From assembly GCA_002633005.1 (NCBI GenBank), contig NMRA01000067.1, forward strand, positions 216,752 to 280,751: a stretch of 64,000 nt of DNA, written 5' to 3'. This document shows, in pieces, positions 12,295 through 24,062 of this stretch (positions within the stretch are counted from its first letter, which is position 1; every line of letters starts with the position of its first letter). The notes below the pieces were generated by a model. The model ran no database searches. It had not been told where the DNA came from and worked only from the letters and a program-made list of their open reading frames with translations. Origin of the DNA: Phoronis australis (Eukaryota; Animalia; Phoronida). Both the position numbers and the translations under genes were made by a program.

Positions 12295-13692
12295 ATTTGT
12301 AAATAATTTGCGGTTTTAAAGAAAACACCACAACAGATACACTTAAAAACAAGTGCTAACATATAAAAAACCTAATAATTCAAAATAGTACGCAATCGTT
12401 ATTTGATAGTGAAGTAAACAAATAAAATCTGTGGCTTTTTTCATTAAGGTAACGATGAAATATTACCATACTCATTTGCATAAAAATAGTCTCGCAAAAG
12501 GAGACTTTCACGAGATTGTAATGGCAATTGTTTCTCGAATGGTTTCCGGCACACCGGAAGACACGGGGTTGTTTGTAAATTTGTACTTCATTTGCATATT
12601 CACAATGTAATGAGACATAGCACCCTAAATTACATTATTTAAATCTCCTAAGTACAAGAGTACAGGCGGCCTTTGAACAAGTATCAATAAGTTATTGTGC
12701 TAGCGTTCAGATGAGATATTAATGTCATACAATAACTTCCAAAGCATGCAAGTAACACTCTCAACTAATTAAGGATTAGTACATACCACATTTGAAAACC
12801 ATGTTTGTATTTCGTTCCGAAATGAAACTACGCGCTCACATTCCAAAAACGTGTGAATAAAAGTTTCTACGGCTCCACAAAAACGAGGTCTTATGACAAA
12901 ATAAAGTTGACTTGCAGAAAAGTCCAATTAGAGCTATGATAGATGTTGGACTCATACATTTCGGTGTAACTTCAGGTTATTAGACTTTGTAATCCTGAAG
13001 ATGGTGAAAGACTGGACCGAAACGTTGGACTTTGAAATATATTGAAACTATGGATATAATCCCGTTTGTCGTGTTATTTCTCATTAAACAAATGGGCCAA
13101 AACGTAACGCTATGGGAATGTCTCGATATATTTATTTCAGACCACCTTCGATTAAATCTCTTGGTTGTCTTGTTGATGTGTTTGTTTTCGCATTGGCCAA
13201 CATTTATCGATAGACTTATGCTTGGTTCACGTGAGTGATGAAAACACCAGCAATTTCAATGACTAAAACGCTAACGAAAACGATAGAAGCTTTGCCAGGC
13301 AGACGAGCGCTCCGCGAGGGAGTCATTTCAGCCAGCAGTTGTTTCGTTTCCCTCCACCCGAATCGCTTTTCAGCGAAATTTGATGTCAAAACGCGTGGAC
13401 TCTGTTCTATAACATTGATTAATGAGACTACGCAACTACCAACAAAGGCCTCTTACCGCTACGCATGAACTGAATTGAATTAATTTTCTTTATCATAAGC
13501 TGCTTTCGCATTAGAGTTAGTGACCTGCCTGCGCAAATGAACCCAGACCACTCATGTGCTTAGCACAGAAGTACTACTACAGCAACTTACAAAACATTTA
13601 TAATACCAATAATTGAACCAGTGACGTCAACACAAGGTAGATAATTAAAGCTTCATGTGAAGATGATACTTTGCTATTTGTACTGTCACTAA

Positions 13693-13850
13693 CAGTGCTG
13701 TAGTGAGGCGTAGGCGCACGTAGGCGCAGCCAACCACCTTTTGGCATTTGAACCTAGCGCCTACGCACCGTAAGATACGTTCAGTGCTCAAGGTCACATA
13801 CGGTGGGCTCAGGGCGCCTACTTACCGCTCATTTTACTACTACAGCACTG
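13693..13850. mobile_element. hAT-type MITE (158 bp)
   Basis: TIR cagtgctgtagt / actacagcactg; perfect 8-bp TSD gtcactaa at 13685-13692 and 13851-13858; subterminal gtaggcgc / gcgcctac repeats. Confidence 0.9.
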
Positions 13851-14457
13851 GTCACTAAAATTGCAGTTGATTTTTCAATATTTTTATCCGTCTTTGTCAT
13901 TATTTTTCCAAAAATATCTCTCATTTCAAAATTTCTATGATAAACTTTCCAAACTATTGCCTGAAAACGTGTTTTTCGTAAATATTTTTTTTAACTGAAC
14001 ATTTTTATAACTTCCAACTTCGAGGACAACTTACGATGTACCAGTGCGTAAGCGACCGATAATAGATCTTAGCTGCCTGCTCAAGGTCACGTGATTTGCT
14101 TCCTTACTACCGCTTCGTTTGTATGCAAGTTCTGAAACTGGGTTTAGCTGGAGGCTCAGCTTGTCACTTTTACACTGAATATTATGTAACCGATTTCTAA
14201 ATCGCAAAAAAATAACAGTTAACAAATTAATGAACGAATGTTTAGCTCTAAAACTGTATCTCAAACTGCTGAGGAACAATTATGTAAACACATGTTTTTA
14301 TCCCAAACAAGGATTTGCCTCATCAAAAGGTTAAAAATCTGTTCTATAATCGAAGAATAGCAGTTTTTCTTCTCATACAGCTAAATCCCCTTCCCATATC
14401 AAACTTCACTATTAACTACATGATTTAAAGAGGATTTGTGGTCACCAAGATAAAAAC

Positions 14458-15380
14458 TTAATGCGCCCATATGTGGGTGCATATTGCTGTAATCTCTGAC
14501 TTGGCGTCTGTCAGTTCGGCGTCCGTTGGTGTATCTCCCATAACTCCCACGTTTTCTTAATGAGATTTAGCATATAATATTCTACGACAGTGGCGACAGT
14601 TGTGGAGGAATTTCTTACTGATACGTTTACTTGTCTCGTTCCCATACGCAATATGCATCACTAAGTAGGGCGTGGACGAAACAATCCGATTACCGCTGTG
14701 CCCCCTAGTGTCTACTAAGGAGACGATGACGCCCTTTCCTTTTTCAGACGGATTTGATGGATTTCAGTTGCGTCATCTTATGAATATTATTTTGCATTCT
14801 GTTCTTAGGGTTCACTTCTCTGTCCTCCAAGCTGCTCAAAGTATTGACCCATCGCAATTTTGATCTCTGTTGCATCTCTGCGGTTGTATACCTTGCAGGA
14901 TCTTTGTGAAATTTGAGTTTTCTTATGAATGTGACAACGAATGACGACGACTTTAGAAAGTAACTGATTACCTCTGTGGCCCCTAGTGGCAATTTCAGTT
15001 CTTTTACGTTTACTTTTATGTTTTCCGAGTTCCTTGGGAAATTTTCACGGAGTTTTACAATGGGTGTCTCATATTTAGGACTCCGAAAACAACGTATTTA
15101 CCCTGTCGCTTAATTTGCGCCACCTAGAGACTATTTTTTTCTTTACTAGTCTGTTTCTGGCATTAGCATATTTTTCTGCCAAACCGTTCCAAGGAAATTG
15201 ACATGATTCCTGCTGAAACAACTTGATACGCTGAGTTTCGGGCGAATCTGATTACGGTGGTGCCCCCTAGTGATATTTTTTCCATGAATGTCGCAGCAGG
15301 TGACGACGACTTTCAGAAAGATCTGACTACTGCTGTTTTGAGTAAAAGCATTATTTGACAAAAATAGCCCGGCTTTTCTT
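14458..15380 (+). mobile_element. HINE/Helentron-like (DINE-1-type) non-autonomous element, approximate ends
   Basis: Starts atgcgccca followed by degenerate gtcy microsatellite; internal repeated blocks (ctgattac...gccccctagtg); 5' part similar to 48421-48510. Confidence 0.45.
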
Positions 15381-15488
15381 AAAAGGTCACGACCTCCGAC
15401 CCCGGCCTCTGTAGTTACAAAGCCGTGGAGAGTCAGAAATAGGTAAATCGATTCATTGCAATGTTTCTCGTTTAGTATGTGGTATAAA

Positions 15489-15650
15489 TAGATTATTACA
15501 TGTTCTCAGCCGTTATCCTCCTTATCTAGAGCCCTCGTGGATTTTGTAGAATTATCACCCTCGGGGCTAACGCCCCTCGGGCGATAATTCTCCAAAATCC
15601 ACTCGGGCTCTAGATAACGGGGGATAACGACTTCACCATGTAGTAATCTA
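15489..15650. mobile_element. TA-flanked foldback MITE
   Basis: The whole element is an imperfect hairpin (tagattattacatg...gttatc...tctagagccc / gggctctaga...gataac...catgtagtaatcta). Confidence 0.75.
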
Positions 15651-16069
15651 TATATATTCGGATAGGTTACTCGTATTCTGCGCCTCCAAATGACATTTTC
15701 AAATTACCGGTACTTTCCAGTCTGTTTTGACGTCAGATACTTTATCCGACAAACTGTTCAAACAATCATGAAGTAAATTAGCAGATGATTTCCTATTGAG
15801 AACAGCACGTCTTCCTGGTTCAACGATATAACAGTTTTTCAAAACCCATTGCTTCATATTAAAGCGAAACAGTATAGCTGTGCGTGACATGCGTATTGTA
15901 AAAAATACGAGGTGAAACAGACAATCGATTGATTGCCCGCTGAGAAACTTGCCAACAACGTTTACTGAACCAGGAAGCCACAGCACCGTTCCTGGTAATG
16001 TCTTCCTTGTTCTACGCTTCAACAGCTCTTCGAACCATGTTTCATGTAAAACAAAACATTCTTCTTCAG

Positions 16070-16237
16070 AATATCATGGGAAAAAACGATCAAAGAAATG
16101 TTGCCAGACTTTGAACTGAATTCCGAGTTCTTGACGAACATAACTACAATAAGTGATGTCATTGCGCATAGGACTGCAATCGTGTCGAACGACATCCCTT
16201 GGCTACTTGGTGAACTAGATCGAGACGACTTATACAG
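16070..16237 (+). CDS. Beta-lactamase-like hydrolase copy A, exon 2
   Basis: cttcttcag|A acceptor; ISWEKTIKEMLPDF...TTISDVIAHRTAI...LDRDDLY; ends at AG|gcaggt (GC donor required for frame). Confidence 0.85.
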
Positions 16238-17127
16238 GCAGGTTTACGACTCATTTATTTATTACACGAGAATACCTATCGTCAATACCTATGGGTTGAT
16301 TTTGCCTTTACGTTCAACTTTCCTTTTTTATTCAAGATTTTTGTGTTTGATAACTATCGATAGCACAGAGGTCAAAACAATGTTTATACGAATGTGTTAC
16401 GTTTTATTCAGCATTTTTACAAATTATAATATTGCCTTATAATCATATAATTCACTGTTTAGTTTCATTCAAACGACCTCCATTCTGCACGACGTTTCAG
16501 TTGACGATTCCTATAGCCATCATCATTGAAACGTCGGGTAAAATCCAATACAGAGGATCGGTACAAACAGACCCAGCAGTACATTATAAACTTTTACAAG
16601 CTCATCACCTCAAACTGGTTTATGGAAGCACCACTTTAGATGAAAACAAACAAAGTAGTCTAAAAGCTCCACAGTATGAAGTAATACACACAAATCCTCT
16701 GAAAATAACGCACTCACTGTTGTTTGTTTTCTGTTTGGAGAGATAGGTTGCTCTTAAATGTTAAAAATTCGTTCATGTGTGGGTCTATAAATATTTTGAC
16801 AAGTTTGTCTTTTTATTTAGCATTGATCTTTTAAGTCACACGCAGCGCAAGCTAAAACTGCAAACTTCCAACTAGAATAAATCACGTTTAGCGGTGGCGA
16901 ATCTTGCCGTTCAGATAAATGAATCCATTCTGCTCAGATGGTTTTGTTCACGAACAAGCAGGAACGACATCTCGCAGTGATGAAAACAAAAACAAAACAA
17001 AACAACTGGCTGTACTCCAAAACATGAACCAAAATAAAGGTTTTCAAAGATAACGCTGCATGGGGCTTTTTCGAGTCTTTTCTCTGAAGTTCCTTCATAC
17101 GGAAACAAACATCTCACAATATTCCAG

Positions 17128-17403
17128 GCGTCTTAAATTTAGCAGTGCTAAATATGAGGCAGATTTTCGTGATGTTCTTCGGTACAACAACGTCGTCTTT
17201 TCGATTGCTGCGAGGTTGAGTGAAAAACTGGGAGGCGGGAAATCTTGGGAAACGCTCATGGAAGAAAAAATATTCACACCTCTCGGTATGTCGGCGTCCA
17301 CATTCTACGACAAGCAGGCCCCCAACTGGACAAACTTTGCCAAAGCCTATGTGAAATATACCAAAAGTGCCAACTGGTCATTGAGAGACCCTCGAGCTAT
17401 CAG
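17128..17403 (+). CDS. Beta-lactamase-like hydrolase copy A, exon 3 (YxN)
   Basis: attccag|G acceptor; RLKF...FRDVLRYNNVVF...SWETLMEEKIFTPLGMSASTF; AG|gtgcgt donor. Confidence 0.9.
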
Positions 17404-17560
17404 GTGCGTTTGGATTATACTACTTTTATTTAAACATGGTCCATACTATTTAAACATGTATGGGAATCGGCTGAACATAATTTGACTTGCTCGCAGCATC
17501 TGTCTCGATGCATATGTTGAATATTTACTCGGTAAGTGGTGTTAACGACGAAGTTTTCGA

Positions 17561-17667
17561 AGAATTCTATGAATAGCTTTATCCACTACATGCTGAGAAT
17601 TCTATGAATAGCTTTATCCACTACATGCTGAGAATTCTATGAATAGCTTTATCCACTACGATGCTGA
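17561..17667. repeat. Tandem repeat, 35 bp x 3
   Basis: agaattctatgaatagctttatccactacatgctg repeated; single-copy at the paralogous site about 48151 in copy B. Confidence 0.9.
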
Positions 17668-18722
17668 CTGTCCAAGCCCAATGATGAAGGCAACTTGTAG
17701 TTTGAAAATTTGAAAAAATGAAACTCCGACGTTTTTTGCAGTCCAAATATAATGTGAATTTTACAATCTCTGATATATTTTACAATTATAAAAATATACT
17801 ACATCCTTAAGAACTTGCTCGTTTCAGCTGAATATTTCATCATTGAAGCTAACAAACGGTATAGAGTTCAAATTAAAATTGCGTCTAATTTAAACAAGAT
17901 AAAGTATAATTTTGGAGGCTATGGTTGCCACGTAGGTATCGCATGATTAACGGAAAACTTAAAGTCTCTCTAGTTTTCAACAAAAGGGCATTTACGGCTT
18001 CTTTGGGAACTTAATTGAAAACCTGTGTCCGTATTTTTCATATCAATTGCATTAGTGATACATAAGTGAGTTCTAAAGGGTGTAACGTATGTATCGTACT
18101 TGTACTATAATTTATCGAACTATATTAATTATTTGAAATGAATGAATAAACGTTTTTCACGCGAAAGTAATACAGTATCTTTACAGTACAAGATTTATCA
18201 CTATACTATTATAAATTTCTTACCGCTAAAAATCTATATCTGAAAACGATCAAATCATAACGTGAACAACAAAAAAAAATTATTAATTTCGCGAATACAG
18301 TGTGTTCGTTGTTGTTTTATACTCATTCAATGTACTTATCGCTGCACGGGTATATCAATTTAGAAAAAAGCTATAAGAAACAAACTTGCTTTTACATCTC
18401 TTTGGTAAAGATTCCCGACTTCTCAATTACACAGTGCGTCGTGACCCGGATGTTAACACTTAACAAGCTACAAGCTGACATTCAAAAGGCTAATTTTACA
18501 AAATTTGAGCACAAACATTGTGCAATTTTAATATGAGCTTGCTTCAGGTAATAAGATATACACCTTAGATTGCATACAATGTATTCATCCCTATTAAAAT
18601 CAGAGTTATTCCAAAAGTTTCCAATGAAGTAAACTTGATATTTCACAAAAAGGAAATGTAATTTAGTCGAAACTGTTTTCTTAGGTTGTTCTAAATTCTG
18701 TGATATTGTCTGTTAATTTTAG

Positions 18723-18982
18723 TTCCGTAGGCGCGGTAGGTCCCGCTGGCTCAATATCGTCCACTGTTAAAGATATGGCGAAATATCTAAAGTTTTTGGT
18801 CTCTGACGGTAAGACGGAGGACAACCGTATCCTGGTCCCCTCCAAGGCTCTCCAAGGAGTGTTCTATCCCGTTATGGTTTTACCTCAGCCCTGGTTTGGC
18901 GGTGCTATGAGTCTTAACAGCGCCCCCTTTAAACAGTCGATGGATAATTACGCTAAAGGTTGGGCGGTTGGCTGGTACAAAG
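18723..18982 (+). CDS. Beta-lactamase-like hydrolase copy A, exon 4
   Basis: ttttag|T acceptor; VGPAGSISSTVKDMAKYL...YAKGWAVGWYK; G|gtaaag donor, phase 1. Confidence 0.9.
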
Positions 18983-19900
18983 GTAAAGTAAAATGATGAT
19001 TCTACACACAGCCATCTCACAGAATATGCGAGAATAGGATAGTTAAAGCGGTTAGTAAACGCACGTTTCGTGCCCGAAGCGAATACTGCAATAAAGGGGG
19101 GGGGGGGGGGNGGGGGGGGTATGCACACCTCGTTCTGAAGTTGAGAATCTCTGAATTTCCTCTGCAGACACAATTTGAGAGAGTATTTATAGTGAAGTTA
19201 CTGAAAGTGAAGTGACCGCTGCGAAACTTCGCGGCGATAGGGGGCGTGCGAGAGTTGCGAACTGAAGGGCAGGGGCCGAACTGGAGGCTACCGGCGCTTG
19301 ACACAGATGTCCGCCACTAAAGAACACTTTCCTGCTCTTGAGATTTACCTTGTACATTCTCATCCTTTTGTAAAGGTATTTCCAAGACGGTAACTCCGGG
19401 ATGGTAAAGCGATGCCGGTGCCGTAACGCTAAACAGCCGCGATAAAGCTTAGTAATGGAAGCATTAACATTTCTCCCATAATTAAATATTCGATGTTTGC
19501 TGTCGAACATAGTTCATGGCGTCTATTTTGCCAGTGTTTGCTTTTAAGGTCTCCAAGGTTGCAAGAAATTTACTCTACATTCCGAACTCCTGGCAAACAA
19601 TTGGATTTTGTGCAACATGTGTAGACTATATCGCACGTATGCATTTTCTTTTTGGTGGGACAGCACTCAACATTACTGCACAGATGTAGAATGAATATTA
19701 TATCTGTACGCACGTACATGCACACACGCGCGCGTGCGTCGATATTATTTATTTAGCTCGGGATTGTAAACTGGTTAGTAACTTGGTTAAGTAGGCAGTT
19801 GATGGTGGCTAATCCAAGTTAGTTTGGGTCACTGTGTAGGACATTTATTATATTTGGTTCATCAGTAAGGCCTATTACTTATCACTTGTGTCTTTTCCAG

Positions 19901-20625
19901 GTCACAAAATACTTGCACACGGTGGTAATTTGTATGGTCACGACTGTTTCATGACGTACATCCCGGGAAAAAAGAGCGCCATCTACACTATTGCAAACGG
20001 ACCCTCGTCGATCCCGTCCATTAAGGCCAACATTCTATTGCACAACTACATTCTTGATATGGCACTTGGTGACACACCTTGGCTCAATAGCTCTGCTGCG
20101 TGTTCATATCCACAACCGTGGGGAAGAGCAGACGACTTTTACTACAACAGGCCAAACTTTAACTTCCCGAAAGATCGCGCACTTTCTCGACCCATTGACG
20201 AATACTTGGGCACTTTTGGAAACCTTGCTTTTGGGAATCTTACAGTAATTAGGAATGGAGACGGGCAATTGCAGATGAATTATGGTATACACGGAAAATT
20301 AGTTTTATATCCTCAAGCAGAGAATGATAAGTTTTACGTTGAAGCCAAAGAACCTATGGCGCATATCCCTGATGTAAACTCTCGATTCAGCAAATATCGT
20401 TTTGTCAAATTCACTGATGCCATTAGCGGAAAATTAAATAAGGTAAACGTGGCCGTGTTTGATAGCATGGACCCGCCAATATTTGTGAGAAATCAAAAGC
20501 TATCACCTGCCTCAATGCCACACAGTGATCCCCATGACATCTCTGGTTCACCACATTCTCCACCAGGTTCGCGCGTGTTTCTACTGGTCATAAGTTTTCT
20601 TCTGCATCGCGTCTATTTGTCGTAG
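19901..20625 (+). CDS. Beta-lactamase-like hydrolase copy A, exon 5 (HGG, DUF3471-like domain, hydrophobic tail)
   Basis: tcttttccag|GT acceptor; HKILAHGGNLYG; RPIDEYLGTFGNLAFGNLTV; ends VFLLVISFLLHRVYLS*. Five exons total 1734 nt = 577 aa + stop. Confidence 0.92.
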
Positions 20626-21289
20626 GTTAGCAGCTGATAATTCACAATATTTTAAGGCTGTCAATATGTTGCCAAAGACGCGAGTAGATCTATAATCAAA
20701 ATGTGAGATGTTCGGATAAATTAACGCGTAAATAAGGCATGCGATGTTATTGTATGCTGTACACGATAACACAGGATCACTTCAAATCAAATCGCATTTT
20801 TAATTTTGCAACTTGGTTGTAAACCTGTATTCAAAAATGCTTTTTCGTCAACTTGTTTTTACTTGATTATGTTGTCTTATTACAACCTGTTCTATCGCTA
20901 TTGCTTTTAGCACTGATGTTTGTAAACGACAGGTTCCATAAGACATGAGACAGCCTGCAATTAAGTAGTGTATTGTAGGAATGACAGCTGAAGGCACCTA
21001 GACTTCTTTGCTCTATTGGAAACAAAATAAGACCACGTGTGTGAACTTTAGAGAGGAATTTACTAACGGTTACTTCAATGTCTTAACCTTCTTAAACGTG
21101 AGACCATATTTTGGAATTTCTTGATTCTTTGCTTAATGTTATGTCTAATCATTGTTGCATTTTGTATAGCCGTCCTGCAGCTTTTCAAATGGGGTGGCTA
21201 AGATACGTTTGTTGTTAAAAAACGAGTATTAAAGCAGATCAATTTAATTCTTATTTACACGTGTCAGTTGCTGCCTTGGTCCATCGAAC

Positions 21290-23292
21290 ACGGGGGAGAG
21301 TCAGTGGACTGAATATTCACTTCCTATAGGACACCACAATTTTCGACCCTTTTCCGCGTGGCCACAATTCCCGAGCTACACCTCTCCCATTATCGTGGCA
21401 AATTTTTCTTCCAATTGCGCTCTGTCAGTCTGGATTCTGCGGCTTTCAGGTTTGGCCCCCACCCACAGGTTATGGTCCCTAAGCCATTCAGAGATTCAGA
21501 GTACCTTGGGTATTTTCGTAGACTCAAATTTCTCCCCCAGAGATGAATTTAACCTACGTGACTTTCAAACTGGAGAACGATTGGCCGCAATGTTCTAAGT
21601 TCAAGGATGCACTGAAAACATTCACCTCCAAAGGCATCCGGAATAGGCGTTTTCGTAATCTCGAAATCCTCGTTATAGGTGAAAGCTATCCTCTTGTGTG
21701 CGAACTTCTGTCAGCCTATATATTCTGAAAATTGAACATCGCATGACTTGCCATATTTTGGAAGTCTGCGCATGCGCAGATAATGTTCGTCTGCTAGGGT
21801 ATATTTGAGGCTACGAAACTACCCACAGTGTTTCGAAGGGAAAATGAATGTGAGGTGCCCAAATGTTCCCCCAGCTTTAGTTTGATGCACAATCTACATG
21901 TAGTACGGGGAGAATCCGCATCCATTAAGACAGTGACAAAAAACATTTGTTGGGACTCAAACTAACATAGGTTTGTGCTCAGCAAGGTTTTGAGTTCAAT
22001 AAAAATGTAACCACGACCCTTTATGAGGGTTAATGCCACTAACGTAACCCTTTCTCAATGATTCTTTAGCAGCTGTCTTTTTCATCCATTAACCTTGAAG
22101 AAATGCTCACAGATTCCGTGCTGAGTGAAAAATGAGTGTTAAACCCCGGAGATCAATTGTGCGCGCGCTTCCGTCGACACTTCTCAGTAGACTAGCCAAG
22201 CATTTTAGATGGATCCACCGCTGAAAGAGCAGATCTATAGCTGATTTCTTTAGGTAACTAGCTTCTTTACTTTAAGATATGTTTTGATTTGATTAGAGGA
22301 AATACTGTGGTGCCTCAACTCTGATATTCAGGCGAATTGACGTGCAACGTTTTTACCTCATCTGTCATGCCGTGTCATCCTATTACACCCCACACGTTTA
22401 TAACTGGTGTATAGTTAAGTTGTCTTGCGCAATATCATACAGACAGTGTACTTGTACATGCAATACTTTTGAAAAAAAAAANTCAAATACGGGGGAGAGT
22501 CAGGGGACTGAATATTCACTTCGGCTATAAGACACCACAATTTTCGACCCTTTTCCGGGTGGCCACAATTCCCGAGCTACACCTCTCCCATTATCGTGGC
22601 AAATTTTTCTTCCAATTGCGCTCTGTCAGTCTGGATTCTGCGGCTTTCAGGTTTGGCCCCCACCCACAGGTTAGGGTCCCTAAGCCTATCAGAGATTCAG
22701 AGTACCTTGGGTATTTTCGTAGACTCAAATTTCTCCCGCAGAGGTGAATTTAACCTACGTGACTTTCAAACTGGAGAACGATTGTCCGTAATGTTCAAGC
22801 ATGCACTGCCATTCACCTCCAAAGGCGTCCGGAAGAGGCGTTTTCTTAATCTCGAAATCCTCCTTATAGGAGAAAGCTATCCTCTTGTGCGAACTTCTGT
22901 CTGTATGACTTACCATATTTTGGAAGTCTGCGCATGCGCATATAATTATATTTGAGGCTACGAAACCCAAAGTGCTTAGAAGGGAAAATGAATGTGAGGT
23001 GCCCAAATGTTCCCCCAGCTTTAGTTTGATGCATAATCTAGTACGGGGAGAATCCGCATCCATTAAGACAGTGACAAAAAAACATTTGTTGCGACTCAAA
23101 CCAACATGGGTTTGTGCTCGGCAAGGTTTTGAGTTCAATAAAAATGTAACCACTACTCCAAAACCACGACCCTTTATGAGGGTTAATGCCACTAACTTAA
23201 TCCTTTCGCAATGATTCTTGAGCAGCTGTCTTTGTCATCCATTAACCTTGAAGAAATGATCACAGATTCCGTGCTGAGTGAAAAATGAGTGT
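21290..23292 (+). repeat. Direct duplication of about 0.8 kb (21290-22140 and 22489-23292)
   Basis: Near-identical runs from acgggggagagtcag to aaaaatgagtgtt, with several indels and a 348-bp unrelated spacer. Confidence 0.9.
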
Positions 23293-23469
23293 TTTGATCC
23301 CAAAGTTTTAAAAATACAGATATTGTATCAAAAACCTTTCTGCAGTAGTAGTTTTTTTGTGGATTGAAAGGCACCATTTTGTAGAGAAGCTGTTTGTGAA
23401 AAAATCTACAGCTTTGCGTCGATGTGGGTAAAAAACCGGACCAATGAATGAAATCTGACACAAAATTAG

Positions 23470-24062
23470 TGCCATGAAAAGCTCTTCCTTGAGTAAACTG
23501 AATTATTTATCGGTAATGGAAAATTAGTGCTCTATCGTTCAACTGCTGCTAAAATTGTGATGCGCTGGCGTACTGCACCGTCATCTATTGGCCAGTTTCT
23601 ATTACCAGATTCTTCAAACAACTGTTTCTCTTCCACGAGATTACGTACGTGTCACACCAAATTATCGGAGCTAGTTTCCTTTTGTTAGAAGTTTTTGCTA
23701 CTTTAACACCAGCAAACCCAATTTCAGAAAAAAATTTTCCTGATGCGAAGATGTCGCAAAATTTTAGGAAATGGTGTGTGCTGTTTTCGAAACGACGACA
23801 GACTTTTCCTTGTTACAAAAGGCGGAGAATTATGCATGAAATGGCGTTTATTAGATTGTTTTTCACTTAAACAGCAGCAACAGGCAAGTTGAGTGTCGGT
23901 TGATTCCCTGATTTTCCATGCACCCCCGCCAGTCGTTGGCTTTACATGTTCATATAAGTTTCACGACGAAGTGACGAGCGAAACTACGGAGCTCAACTGC
24001 ACACAGTGGTACCTAGCCATATTATGACGATAGTCTTCATACAGCTTGTTGGCTGACTACCT
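23470..24062 (+). mobile_element. Partial older copy of the Kolobok-like family seen at 30995
   Basis: Collinear with 31615-32229 (cttccttgagtaaact..., ttgttacaaaaggcggagaatta, gacgatagtcttcatacagct). Confidence 0.6.

Noticed and set aside
16238-16247. Canonical CAG|GTTTAC donor for exon 2
   Set aside because: Wrong phase for the nearby exon-3 acceptors; gives a stop within three codons.
19096-19120. Poly-G runs with single N (also about 25410 and 58175) as G-quadruplex elements
   Set aside because: They are homopolymer tracts, mostly in MITE fragments, with uncertain base calls; their length is unreliable.
19991-20248. 85-aa overlapping ORF also present at 52777-53034
   Set aside because: Alternative-frame shadow of paralogous exon 5 with a TTG start; its conservation is explained by the main frame.
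10305-20625. Bacterial contamination or a prokaryotic resistance gene as the source of the beta-lactamase ORFs
   Set aside because: The coding sequence is split by four spliceosomal introns with consistent phases in two paralogues and is embedded among animal TEs.
21358-23214. Paired short ORFs in the 0.8-kb duplication as genes
   Set aside because: Frames are broken differently in the two copies, with no recognisable domain or splice pattern.
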